A DNA stretch of 62,604 nucleotides, filler included, from Vannella sp. (lineage: Eukaryota), in assembly GCA_023345925.1 (NCBI GenBank). It is 7 parts of 7 records of this genome, joined end to end, with 100 filler letters (N's around TTAATTAATTAA, not from the genome) between each part and the next. Parts side by side here need not be neighbours in the genome. Positions count along the whole stretch, not along the records: positions 1 to 17,143 come from JAJQQN010000397.1; 6 more parts are not named here. One strand, given 5' to 3'. Of this stretch, positions 1-11,576 are shown one piece after another. The position numbers and the translations under genes were made by a program. A model generated the notes under the pieces. That model was not told where the DNA came from. It made no database searches and was given only the letters and a program-made list of their open reading frames with translations. Each line of letters begins with the position of its first letter. The first letter of the stretch is position 1.

Positions 1-128
1 GTCAAGGTCGGCTACGCAGGCGGCAACTTCCCAGCCCATATCTTCTCTTCAAATCGGAGAATAGGTCTTCCGACCATTGAAGGGAAGATATGGGCTGGGA
101 AGTTGCCGCCTGCGTAGCCGACCTTGAC
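1..128. repeat. Perfect 45-bp inverted repeat (1-45 / 84-128), probable amplification fold-back chimera
   Basis: Bases 1-45 are the exact reverse complement of 84-128; the switch occurs inside the ARP2 coding sequence at a GAAGAT microhomology. Confidence 0.9.
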
Positions 129-243
129 GAACTAGAAGTACCCAAAAGACAAAATGAGTTGCCATCTTACAAGGGCACAGTTGGTCATGTTGTCTACATA
201 CTCCCGTTCCATTGTCACAGACAATCACGTTCTTCCTGTCCAT
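46..243 (-). CDS. ARP2: Actin-related protein 2, 5' part (truncated by fold-back)
   Basis: Spliced translation [44 protein letters not shown], with GT-AG intron 132-201; matches the Arp2 N-terminus. Confidence 0.88.
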
Positions 244-442
244 CTCCCCCACCACGGAGCCTGAACAGCAAAAAATAGGTCAAGGATGGAGCAGCAAGCC
301 AATCAACCAATCCTGGACGACCTGAAGTTGATTGGGTATCTCAGGTAATAATGAAACGATTTTTTGCAACAACGATGCTTTAAATTTTAATGTACGCGAA
401 AGTTTAAAAAGGTTCATTAGATGATCATTTCTATTGTCGCGG

Positions 443-1187
443 ATGGGGAAAGGCAGGTTTGCTCCAACCGGTGAAGCAGTCGGGGGAATCTCCAAGAGGA
501 ACTCTTCTCGTCTTGTGAGGGCATACAACGATGGCTCGCTTCAGGTTGGTGGAAAATGCTCCAATAAGAGGTGTCTTACTCCAGTAGACGATGCAAAACA
601 AGTACCTGCGACACTTGGAGTCTGATAATCTCGATACTGCAAGCAAAGGGAACCTTGATGCACTTGTTTATGCAAACACGCAAGGTACCAGTGAACCTTT
701 TCTCTTTGATCTCATCCTGACCTTGAGGCAGAGCTGAGATTGCCGAGGAAACGAGAAAGGAAGAGGGGAAAGTTGGAGGACATCAGGAGGATCCCTTTGC
801 ACGTCTCACTCATCACAGCCATTCAAGAAGCTGTAAGGACTCTTAGTTAAACTCAATCCATAGACTCACTCCTTTCAGAAATATCCAGAAAGGCAACCAA
901 AGGAAACAGACAAAGAACCCGAGAAGGAGAGAGGGAAAGGGAAGGAGAAAGAGAAGGAAAAGGAACCAGAAGAAAAAGAGAAGAAAAAGCCAAAAGAGGA
1001 TGCAGGCCCGCCCCCTCCCAACTTCTTGAACATAGCAGCGAAGCCGTCGACACGTCCTCCCATGAAATTGTGTGGAATGTGTGGCTTTGAGGCATCTTAC
1101 ACTTGCATGCAATGCAAGTCACTCTATTGCTCTCTTCCATGCAAGGAAAGCCACACGGAGACACGTTGTCTGAAGTGGAAAATGTAA
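443..1187 (+). CDS. ZNHIT1: Zinc-finger HIT protein, SWR1 complex subunit Swc6/Vps71 (spliced; missed by ORF track)
   Basis: Exons give YLRHLESDN and a C-terminal AAKPSTRPPMKLCGMCGFEASYTCMQCKSLYCSLPCKESHTETRCLKWKM*; three short GT-AG introns (first 545-587). Confidence 0.88.
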
Positions 1188-1197
1188 ATTGATCAAT

Positions 1198-2152
1198 TCA
1201 ACGGCTCAGATGACTCCACAACAGCATCACGCCACTCACTGAAGTCTGCGATTGCAACAATGAGCACCAAGAATCAGGAACAACATGAAACGTACCCTTT
1301 TCAATGGTGAATGGAGTCAAAGTCGGGAGATGCTGTTTGATAGTCTTGCGCAATGCGCGGAACATGAAGTCATTCCCTGCCTCAGAGAAGTGGAGGCCAT
1401 CTGAAAAGTACTTTCGGTGTGGAACATCGGAGCTTTCCCCTTCGGAGGAGGCTTGCATGGACTCGTAAAGGTCAACGAGGGGGCACTTTACTTCCTGTGC
1501 CACGCTACGGAGAGCAGCTGCGTAGGTTCTTGTGATCTCGTTGGTGCGATCTAAGGAGACAGCTCCAACTTCCTCTTCAGTTGCATTCGTATTGAATGCC
1601 TTAAAGGTCTGCTTCCTCTCTGCGAGCCAGCATTGGTCATCCACGGGAGGGGGAGTGACCAGGATCACCTCTGTGGGGGTTTGGAAGTCTCGATTTCCAC
1701 ATTCACGGATTGAAGCAATCATTTGCTTGAGGTTAAGTTGGTACTCGTCCAAGGGAAGACCTTGTAGGAAGGGGAGTTGGCCCAACGTGGCAGCATCGTT
1801 TGCTCCCCAAAAGATGACAACAAGCCTGGCTGCTCCACTCGGCATATCAGAGTGATACCACCCTTCTCTTCGTTTCCCCATTAGCTTAATGGCTGCTCTT
1901 GTGTTGTACCCTAATCACCATCGGTCAGTAAGAGCCGGTCAATGGCCATGCATGGTGGAGAACTAACCCGAGTGTCCTCGATTCAGTACGTCAGCCCGTA
2001 CTCCATACCAACTAGCCAATTGCAAGCCCCATCCTCTCGTATGAAACTGGAAGCCTCTCTACCCCTCATCAGTACAGCCAAACCCACCACCATCGCCAAC
2101 CCACCTCCGTGATGGAGTCGCCAAGGAGAACAATTCGAGGACGCAAGCTCAT
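1198..2152 (-). CDS. IAH1: SGNH/GDSL esterase, IAH1-like (spliced)
   Basis: MSLRPRIVLLGDSITE, then DVLNRGHSGYNT, FWGANDA and SDGLHFS motifs; two GT-AG introns upstream of the 1881 ORF. Confidence 0.85.
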
Positions 2153-2173
2153 GGCTAGAAAATAATGGAGGAT

Positions 2174-2554
2174 TCAGAAATAAATATCCGCTTCTTTGGG
2201 CGAGATGGATCCCATGGCGGACCCAACGATGGCGCCTGTGACAGCAGAAAAGCACCAAATGGCGGAGGAGATGGCGATCATGCGACGGGAGCCCACAAGG
2301 AACTGCTTAGTGGTATACGCTGGACGTGTGATTGATCGGTCCAAGTGAGGTTGTGGTGAGTTGCGAGAGTTATGAAGAACAACTGCCCCAGCAAAGATAA
2401 ACGGGACCGCTGCTCCCGCGAACGCACCCAAAGTGTTCTTCTGATCCTCTGGCACCTTCATCACACTTCTGGTAGCCCGAAAGGTGACCAACCAAGAGTA
2501 ATAACCGGCCACCACCACAACAGGGATGCCCATCACTGGCACCAGCAACGCCAT
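2174..2554 (-). CDS. Small hypothetical membrane protein (about 3 hydrophobic segments)
   Basis: ATG-initiated 126-aa ORF filling the intergenic space, with hydrophobic stretches; family not recognised. Confidence 0.5.
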   Translation of the reverse strand: MALLVPVMGIPVVVVAGYYSWLVTFRATRSVMKVPEDQKNTLGAFAGAAVPFIFAGAVVLHNSRNSPQPHLDRSITRPAYTTKQFLVGSRRMIAISSAIWCFSAVTGAIVGSAMGSISPKEADIYF

Positions 2555-2670
2555 CTTATCAAAGAAGATGAGGAAAATGATTTAAAGGGAGATGCGGTGG
2601 GCTGAAGGCAAATTTTGGATTGATGGGCGTAATTTGTTTCCTGGTTTGGTGGACAGTTGTTGGTCGCCCA

Positions 2671-5600
2671 GATGGTCCTCGTCCGGTCTGAAGACGGGGG
2701 CGGGGCGAAACGAAGAAGAAGTAGGAGTTTGGAGCTTCGGACTGGAGATGCTTCTCCTAAGATAGAGGATCTTGCTCCTTTCAGAGCCACCATCTCGGAC
2801 GAGCCTTCACCACCTCTCAGCGCTCGGAGATTTGAACACAAGAAGAGCAAGCAACGTGCTCCAGCAGTGGGTTCCAGGATAGAGGAGCAGGAGGAGGTGC
2901 CCCCAAGAAAGGCGATCCCTTCTATCATAGTGTCGTATTGGGAAGCCCCTGTCGACCCTGTCGCACATCAACCTCCGTCCCCTCAAGTTTCCTCCTCCCC
3001 CTCACCACCGTTACCTCCATCCCCTCGAGTTTACCCAAGGGGTCGTACTGCATCCCCAAGAGCTGAAGGAACTGACGAGGACGAATCACCCCGACGAGGG
3101 CGTTCCCCAGAACCTCCCAGCGGAAGGCGCATGTCTCGTTCCCCGATCAGTTTCATCCGAGGGCGTTCTCCATCCTCTTCAGGGGCTAATCCTCCAAGTG
3201 TGGAACCTCCTCTTCAAGATGGCCCCCTGAAAGGGCGGTCTCGGTCTCCTTTCCCAAAGCTCCCAGCCTCCGCTACTTTCGGGGACCCAGCCTTGGCCCC
3301 TGTGAGTGCAAGCTTACCGGAGCACTTTCGCAAAGCCCTCAGCACCCCAACATGCAAATCAGGGAAGGTGGACTCTGCATCCCGAAGGTTGACTTCCAAC
3401 ACGCGCTCGCTCACGTTTGGGTTCCTGAACACTATCGGGACTCCCACCGAGGGAGATGACAATCTTGATGCCGTATGAAGTTCCCCCTACTCTGATAGAA
3501 CCCCTCCTCACACGTGTTTAGTCTGGGAGAAGCCCGCTCTACAAAGGAGCCCTTGTGGGAGACACAAAGGCCATCGGTTGGCTGCTCCAGTCCAACTGGG
3601 ATGTTAACATTACGAATCAGGTATTGCTCGCTCCTCTTCTCATCTTCCCGCGGCTCACTCGCGGCATGTCAGGACAAATCAACGGCTCTGCATGGTGCGT
3701 GTGAAGCAGGCCACTTAGAGGTAGTGAAGCTGTTACTATCCCACAAAGCAACCATCCTGGTGGAGAACAACCTCGGAGTGACCCCTTTTCAGCTGGTACG
3801 GCCATCTCCCACCCAATCAGGAAGACTCACTGGAGTGCGCAGGCTTGTTTGGGAGGAAATATCAACATTGTACGTTTACTAGCAAAAGGGGGCGCTGACG
3901 TCACCTCTTCTACAAAGGATGGAGAAACTGCTCTCAGCATGGCAGCTTCTGAAGGCAATACTTCTATTTGCCAGTTCCTCGTGGGGCAGAAATGCTCCGT
4001 TAATGGAACCTCTCTTACTTCCGGAGACAGTCCGCTGCATCTTGCGTGCAAGAAGCGATATTTGGATACCACACGGCTGTTGCTAGAGTATCAGGCAGAT
4101 CCTAATCCCGTGAATGTGACGGGCCAGACTCCTTTCGAAACGATCGTTGGAGGGACTTCTAACTTGTTCTCAGGACGTCCTGCTAAGGTAGAAAAGTCTG
4201 CAGAGGAGACTCAACAGATCCAAGAGATGTACAGCACAATCCTCGACGTTTGTTGCGCCAAGGACAACGTCAGCATGTTGGATCGTTTGGCTGAGTGTGA
4301 GCTATTTACTGTCCACCACACTGCCACCCATCCAGTCCCCCCGCTGGCACGTGCGCTTCAGTCCAATTCACTGGGAGTGGCAGAGCGCTTGATTGACTTG
4401 GGCGCCGAGGCCGTTAATTGGGAGCATTCCCTTCCAGAGTTGGTTTTGAAGAGTGAAAGCGAGGCTATCATCTCCAAGGCCGTAGTATCAATCGTCAAAT
4501 CCCTCTCCAAAAAGAACACAACCCTCGACTTCTCCAACTGCAACCTGAGGGGGATTCCCCTCGAAATTCTGGACGTGCTCCTCCTCCACCAAAAGGATCC
4601 AAGATTTGCAAGAATTCGAGTCCTCAATCTCAAGTTCAATGAGATCCAGAGCTTACCCACAGAGTTGTTGGACCTCCCAGACACGATAGAAGTGAAGTTA
4701 GAAGGAAATCCATTAGAGATGCTTCCAGAGAGTCAGCGGAAGATTAATTGGACGAAAATGAAGGAGTACCTCTCTTCTATTCGCGATCGAGCGAAGCAAT
4801 GGCGCGACTGTAAGATAATGGTTCTTGGAGAGGAAGAATCTGGAAAATCAGCGCTCCTCCGTTGCCTCCTTACTCGAAAAACCAAGTCTACTGGCAAACA
4901 GGATCTCTCCTCAAACGGCATCTCCATTCGACGGCATGCTAAGATTCCGGTTGAAGAGGAGGACGTTCACTCTGCCCTTAAAGATGTCCGCTTTAATGCT
5001 TGGGACTTTGCCACTCAGGCCTTGTCTTACCCGACCCACCGCTTCTTTATGACAAATAGTGCCGTGTATATAATCACCTTCAGGCTCCCCTCTCTTAGAG
5101 GAGACATGCAACATTTCGAGGCCGTGTCGCGGATATCCTACTGGATGCAGCAGCTCCGATATTCCACATCATCTTCTCAAACCAAGTTAGTTTACCTTGT
5201 CGGAACACATTTGGATGAGCTTCCAGATCCAGACGCTGCTCCAGACCTGCTGAAGAAACTGAGCATCAGATTTCCCAAACAGCGGTTTAGTGGTCTGGAA
5301 TTGATAACTAGTGTGAGTAGCAAGACTGGAGAGGGGATTGAGGCCCTCAAAAGCCGTATCATGAAGGATGTTCGCAGCAAAGGTCTATTTCCTCTGGTAC
5401 CACCTTCTTGGGTGAAACTTTATGACCACCTCTCCAATATCTCTCGGAAGCGCTCCTCTACTGGACCTGGTTCCAGGTGGTCAAGCATGGGGAGCGTATC
5501 CCAAGATCAAGCCTCAGATTGGGTATCGCATCAGAGTTTCGAACAGACGAGCCGGAGGTGTGGCTTGGAGGATGAAGAAATACCTAAAGCAGCCGAGTTC

Positions 5601-8600
5601 TTCCAAGATATTGGAGCACTCCTCCTGTACACAAGTAATCAGCGTTTGAAAGGCTCTGTTCAAGAGATGGTCATCATTAATCCTCAGTGGCTGGCGGGGA
5701 TAATGTCGAATCTAATTGCATATAATCACACTTGGATCAAGAATGGGTTTCTTCAGATGGCCAATGTCAAAGACGTCTTCGCAGCATACGACACGTCCTT
5801 ACATGAGCCCCTTCTCGAGATCTTAGACAATTTTGGCATCATCTATCGAATTGAGATGTTCCCTTTGAGACTTGAAAATACGATACGCCTCTCCGTGGAA
5901 TGCTCTACAGTAGCGACGACCCTCAACCGCGGCATTCGAGGTGTGCTCATTCCTTCAATGCTCTCTGAAGAGCCATTACCAGAGCAGATGGGAACATTCT
6001 GGACTGCCGATGAGGACACAGAGGAGATTGGGCGAGTTTATAACTTCCCATTCCTGCCTTTGGGCCTTATTGAAAGGCTAATGGTCCGCGTATTTCATGC
6101 TCCTGGTTTCATTCCCCACTACTTTTGGCGCAAAGGTGGGCTCTTCTATCTTCGAGCAGGGCTGAGGGCAGATATGTACAAAGTGTCCCTAGTTTTTGAC
6201 CCTTCCAGCTTCCAATTGACATTGCGTGTGCGCACAATGAAGAGCCGATCCTCTGACGAGGAGCAAACTGGACGTGGGGCCATCTTTAGTCTTCTGATTG
6301 ATGCAATTGATACCTCCCTGGAGGATTACAAGCTAGGTGATTCGACAGATCGGCAGATTCCTTGTTCTCACTGCGCTGCCATTCAAGCAAAGAGCGAACA
6401 AGGTCTTGTTGCTGACCCTTCACCCAAACGGAGGTCATTCTCAGGAAGGGAGAAAGACGCTTCTTCTGTGTTTATGTTCACTTATGCTGAGTGTGTGGAA
6501 GCCCTCATTAATGGAGACGGCGTGGTCTTTTGTCATCACATCCGCTCTCCGACACGGCAAATTGATGTTCAAGCTCTTGCTCCAGATATTGGCCTGATCG
6601 GGGTACCTGTTGTTGATATCAATTTCCTCAACATCCAAGGCCTTTTGGGATCCGGTGGCTTTGGTGACGTCTACAAGGGGCAGCTCAATCAGGGAGATCA
6701 TTCTGTGACTGTTGCTGTAAAAGAGGCGAATGTTTCGATGGAGCAATCGTCAACAGTTTATTCGGACTTCCGCCAGGAGGTTTTTATTATGAGGTAAGTC
6801 TCCCCCAGCTCCCATGATTTGATCTGACAGCCCGCTCTAGTCAAATCCGTGATCACCCAAATATTGTTAAATTCTACGGAGTTGCTCTTCAGCCAAAGCC
6901 ACGAATGATCTTAGAGTTTGTTGGCGCCGGCGATTTGGACGGATTCCTCCGACCAAAAGATTCAGAACATAATATGGACACTTTCCCTCTCCAGCTTCGG
7001 ATCCTCATGGCTTTGGATACTGCAAAGGGGATGCGTTCTCTTCATGGACAACACCCTCCTATTATCCATCGTGATCTTCGGTCCCCTAATATCTTTGTGA
7101 GCCCACCCCTCTTTCCCGTTTCCTTGATGAACTCACAGTAGCAGTTGGACTCGGTGGATCTTCATGCGGCTGTCAGAGCGAAAGTAGCTGACTTTGGATT
7201 ATCTCGCCTAGTGTCACCTAGTATTTCAGGATCTTTGGACACTTGGCAGTGGCTGGCACCGGAAGTTATTGGAGTTATCAGCCGGTCCGAGAACGCACAG
7301 AGTGCTACGGCCTACGGCTGTCCATCAGATGTGTATAGTTTTGCAATTTGCTGTTGGGAGATTGCCACTTGCAAATTCCCTTTTCAAGAGTACGAGTCTG
7401 ATGCCCGCTTCTGCCGGGTGGACGAACAAGGAAACAGTAACGTTGCCTTACCCAAGCTCAAGCGCGCCATTTATACTGAAAACTTACGGCCATCCTTACC
7501 ATCTGGTAATGACTTCCCTGATGGCTTCCTGGAGCTCATCCAGGACTGTTGGCGAACCGATCCTCAAGCGAGGCCGCAATTTGATGAAATCGTCCCCCGC
7601 TTGGAAGAATTGGTGGGAGAGTTACCTCAAAAGAAATCTCCGAGGAGCCTTTATGCCAGACCAACTCGACTCACTCGTTCACACGGGGAGAAGGATTTCA
7701 AAGCAGTGATTCAGCCCAAAGCTGCCCTCAAAGCTCCTGTCCTCGTGCCAAGTGCCAGGGTACGATCAGGAACTATTTTCCAAGTGTCGCCCCGATCTGC
7801 TGATGACAATGCCTACCAAAATGAGACCAATTCAGGCTACAACATTCGACTGCCCATGAAGCTCAATATCTCTTGCGCCTGTTTGCGCTTTGTCAAAGGC
7901 GTGCGTTCTGAGATCTGGATCGGTACTGACAGCGGCGTCATCATTGTATTGGACTCCAAGTCTCCCACCCTCCCTGTGCTCCTCTTGGGGGATGCACACA
8001 ACGCAAAGATATCCTCCATCGCCTTGTGCGGAGACCAAATCTGGTCAGGAGCTGTGGATGGAACGCTCAACATCTGGCAAGCAAGCGTAAGTCCCTCTTT
8101 TTTTAAATACCAGACTCTAACGTGGCCCCCATGATGACAGATGTACTCTCTTGAGAAAGAACTGCGCCCACACAAGAAGAAGGCTGTTAACCATATCTAC
8201 TATCTGGTTACCCCCCAGGGTCAGGAGTTAATATGGGTAGCCTGTGAAGACCAAAAGTGTCTTCAAGTCTTTGACAATAAGGTTAGTAGTCTTCTTTATG
8301 AGAAAACCCAGTTCCTCATACAAGCAAAAGGGCACAATTCAACACACTGTTGCTTTGGAACGAGGAGTGAAGGCCTACAGCTTCTGCCTTTACCGCGAGT
8401 TCTTAATGGTTGGCACCGACAGGGATATTCTACTATTCGACCCAGAAACGTCTCAACTAGTGGGCTCCTTCAACGCACATCGAGCTAGTGTGTCCGCAAT
8501 CACATTCTGCACCGAAACAGGAATTGTTTGGACCGCAGATCGCTCCGGAGAAATCGCACTTTGGGAGATTCAGGTGAGGGCCACTCCCACATCCTCTCCC

Positions 8601-8891
8601 TCTCGAGTACTAACAGCGGATGTGAAGGGACTCAGTATCCAGTGCGTTGGCCGTAGGCGCGAGCAAACAGGACAGAAACTCATTGCCTTGGTTCCTTGGC
8701 GGGGAGATCGAATATGGTCCATTGCACAGGACCACGTTGTGATTTGGGACGCCATCGGGCAGAAGCCAGTCCAGGAATTGGACATTGCCAACAACAAGAT
8801 TTCTTGTTGCGTCTCTCTTGATCACTCCCGAGCCATTCTTGCCCATCGTGGTGGCAAGATTGAAGTCTACACTCCGACTAAAACAATGTAA
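2671..8891 (+). CDS. Roco protein: Pro/Ser-rich N-terminus - ankyrin - LRR - Roc - COR - TKL kinase - WD40-like (LRRK-like architecture), multi-exon
   Basis: Ankyrin motifs (TALHGAC, SPLHLAC); LRR (LNLKFNEIQSLP); P-loop GEEESGKS; WDFATQ; COR-like (INPQWL, FLPLGLIERLMVR); kinase GSGGFG/VAVKE/HRDLRSPN/DFG/APE; propeller-like tail. Seven short GT-AG introns join the ORF pieces. Confidence 0.9.
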
Positions 8892-8954
8892 TTCACTCTA
8901 CTTCAAGACCAGAGCTGCCAATTGGCCATTTTCTTTCCCCCTCGGTTGGTGGCC

Positions 8955-9731
8955 ATGTTTGCCAAGCTCCCTTTGGGCGGTCTTCCTCCGAACCTGTTTG
9001 ATGAGCTTGCTAGCTCCGTAGACTTTGAGGAATCTGGTACAGGAAGGAGAGTCGCGAATGTGGTGGATCCAGCGCGAAGGGGAGAAGACCAGTTGCTCCC
9101 TTTGGTGCGGACCACCACTGTTTATCACAGACCGCACCAGCTGTTCCAGTCTATCCACTATCAGTTAGTAGAGGAGATACGCAAAGAGACTGGCAATCCG
9201 TTGCTCGTATTCAACAACGCGATGGTGGAGCAATACGACAACAGATCTCGGAAGATGGGCTTCCACTCGGACCAAGCGCAAGATCTATTGGACGAGTCTT
9301 TCATTTGCTTGTACTCATGTTATAGTGACCCACAAACAAACGCGTTGAGAACTCTTGAAGTCAAGAACAAGAGAACGGGAGACTGCTTTGAAGTCATTCT
9401 CGAGAACAACACGATTGTCCTTTTCTCCACAGCAGAGAACAAAGAGCATGTTCACAGGATCATCCTCTCCCCAGCACAATTCCCCGAAACCACTTGGCTA
9501 GGAGTGACATTCCGCCAGGCAAAGACATTCATCCATCACAAGTCTCAGGAAGCGCTCTTTGCCAAGGACAACTCGCCCCTTGTTTTAGCTACTGAGAAGC
9601 AAAGACATGAAATCTACAAGCTCAAGGGCAGAGAAAACTCGACCACCGACTCTGAGTATCCAGAACTCAACTTCACACTTAGCCCCAGCGATTTGATGCC
9701 CATTCAGAAACCCTCCCAACCTGGCAAGTAA
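8955..9731 (+). CDS. AlkB-like 2OG-Fe(II) dioxygenase (intronless)
   Basis: FNNAMVEQY, MGFHSD (HxD), HVHRI (distal His) and GVTFR. Confidence 0.8.
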   Translation: MFAKLPLGGLPPNLFDELASSVDFEESGTGRRVANVVDPARRGEDQLLPLVRTTTVYHRPHQLFQSIHYQLVEEIRKETGNPLLVFNNAMVEQYDNRSRKMGFHSDQAQDLLDESFICLYSCYSDPQTNALRTLEVKNKRTGDCFEVILENNTIVLFSTAENKEHVHRIILSPAQFPETTWLGVTFRQAKTFIHHKSQEALFAKDNSPLVLATEKQRHEIYKLKGRENSTTDSEYPELNFTLSPSDLMPIQKPSQPGK

Positions 9732-9804
9732 CTTTGCTGCATTTAGAGTAAGGCGAGAGGAAGTTTCTCGCCAAATGAATGAACAGCTTTCACAGCTGAA
9801 TCAA

Positions 9805-11085
9805 TCACAGGGTGGGCTTGACATAGTCCCCTTCGTTCATGCTGAAGTCGGTCGGGTCGTAATGAACTATTTGGTCTCTTGCGTTCTCGTCAAAGTAGAA
9901 GCCACGGAGCTTATCCAGTTTGCTCTTGTCCATTTGGGTCATCTCAACAAATGAAGTTCCTTCTTCCTTGATGAAAACGCGGCCGTCGTCGGAGTAAATT
10001 GCCTCAGTACTTGAGCATCTGACCACATATCCCATTCTCTTGGGGATCATCTCAGAAGGTAAGACTGACGGCCTAATCTCGTGCGTGTACAGTCTATTCG
10101 TCAGCAACGAGATGATAAACACTGAGTTGGGGTAAAGCGGCACAGTAAACTCTTTCATCAGCGTCGTATCCTCTACTGTACCCTTCAACTTGAAGTACAA
10201 GTTAGTCAATACGCTCGTCCCCCTGTAGGTGTAGTCGAAAGGGTCTTCGTAAGATTTCATAATCTTCCCTTTGCCAGGGCCGAGCTCAACAACAGTGGGA
10301 TGCTGGTCATAAAAGGTGCAGAATGCAATCAATCCGTGACGAGGCATATCCTTTGTCTTGTCAGAGTGAGCCTTAATCTTGGCCTTTGTCCGGGAGCCAT
10401 TATTGTAGATCTGGGCGAGAACATGGTTGAAAGCAATCTCCTGCTTGAAGTAACGAGCAACAATGCTATTCAGCGCAGCGATGATTTGATTGTCAACCTC
10501 CTTGAAGTTGTCTGTTGGACCATCGCGGAAGTTGCTTGAGCATCTCAATAGCCAAGTCTTCAGACCGGGGCCGATTTCCAGCAGCATTTCATCATGCCCT
10601 TCCACCTTCTCCACCTTGGCCATGTAGAGACCAGTCCTGAGGGCAAAGTTAGGTTTGTTCGATTCTGTGAGTTGGCGAAAGATGTGTGCGTTTTCCACCG
10701 CATGGAAGTAATCGACTTCTTCGCTCCCGAACAGATCTCGGAAGAATACTCCAGCTCCGTAAAGGTTGATAGGAACTTGCCCGAGGCTGATAGTCTCTAT
10801 TGGAGTGGACAGAACGTCAAAATTGCGGGAGACTTCTCTAATCACGAAGAGAGCAGAAAAGCCCACCTTCTTTGCAAGTGGAAGGGTTTGGGAGATGTCA
10901 CCGCAAAGGAACAGAACCCTTTCGGAGACACCTCTGACCGCGAGGTCTGCAAACAGTTCGGATGCACCCTCTGAGGACACAACAATCCCACAAAAGTTCT
11001 CTTTCAAGTACGTTAGCTCATCTCCTCCATCCTCCACAGCATAGAGCAACACATGGCTACTTGTCTTCAGACCGTTCTCTGTCAT
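9805..11085 (-). CDS. AlkB-like 2OG-Fe(II) dioxygenase, longer paralog (intronless)
   Basis: FNHVLAQIY, KAHSD (HxD), YTHEI and RMGYVVR (RxxxxxR); likely ATG at 11085. Confidence 0.75.
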   Translation of the reverse strand: MTENGLKTSSHVLLYAVEDGGDELTYLKENFCGIVVSSEGASELFADLAVRGVSERVLFLCGDISQTLPLAKKVGFSALFVIREVSRNFDVLSTPIETISLGQVPINLYGAGVFFRDLFGSEEVDYFHAVENAHIFRQLTESNKPNFALRTGLYMAKVEKVEGHDEMLLEIGPGLKTWLLRCSSNFRDGPTDNFKEVDNQIIAALNSIVARYFKQEIAFNHVLAQIYNNGSRTKAKIKAHSDKTKDMPRHGLIAFCTFYDQHPTVVELGPGKGKIMKSYEDPFDYTYRGTSVLTNLYFKLKGTVEDTTLMKEFTVPLYPNSVFIISLLTNRLYTHEIRPSVLPSEMIPKRMGYVVRCSSTEAIYSDDGRVFIKEEGTSFVEMTQMDKSKLDKLRGFYFDENARDQIVHYDPTDFSMNEGDYVKPTL

Positions 11086-11576
11086 GTCCGTGTGGGCACG
11101 GAAAGAACAAAAAGAAATGAGAACAAACCCAGAAAGCGGAACAACGCCCACCTTTTTTCCTATCAACGGTTCAATAGGAAATAATTTTCTGCGTCGGTGG
11201 ATATGACTGGTCATTCGTTTTGTTGGTATGTAAATCGAGCAGCGAATTCCCTCGTGGCTCAACCGGCAAGAGCCCGTGGCAAGCGGTTTCCCTGTCTAAA
11301 AACCAGTTTCCGGAAATAAAAAGGGCATTAAATGGCGTAAAACGCCATTTTGCAAACTCCTGTCAAGGTGAAATGTGACCCAAAATGGGTGAGAAGCAAG
11401 AAAATGGCCAAACCCAAAACTTTCCCAACTAACGATTATTGTTTTTCCGTTGCTCAACTGGTATGATTCATTATAATGGCAGATTCTGTCCCTCTTTTTC
11501 CGAAAGTTGGACCAATTAAAAAGCTGTTGGAAAGGCTTCAAGTAAATTACGCCGTTATGGACAGCGCCATTGTCTT

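Noticed and set aside
890..1000. Purine-rich stretch and hydrophobic antisense ORFs (843-1112 etc.)
   Set aside because: It is a Lys/Glu-rich low-complexity exon of ZNHIT1; the antisense ORFs are shadows.
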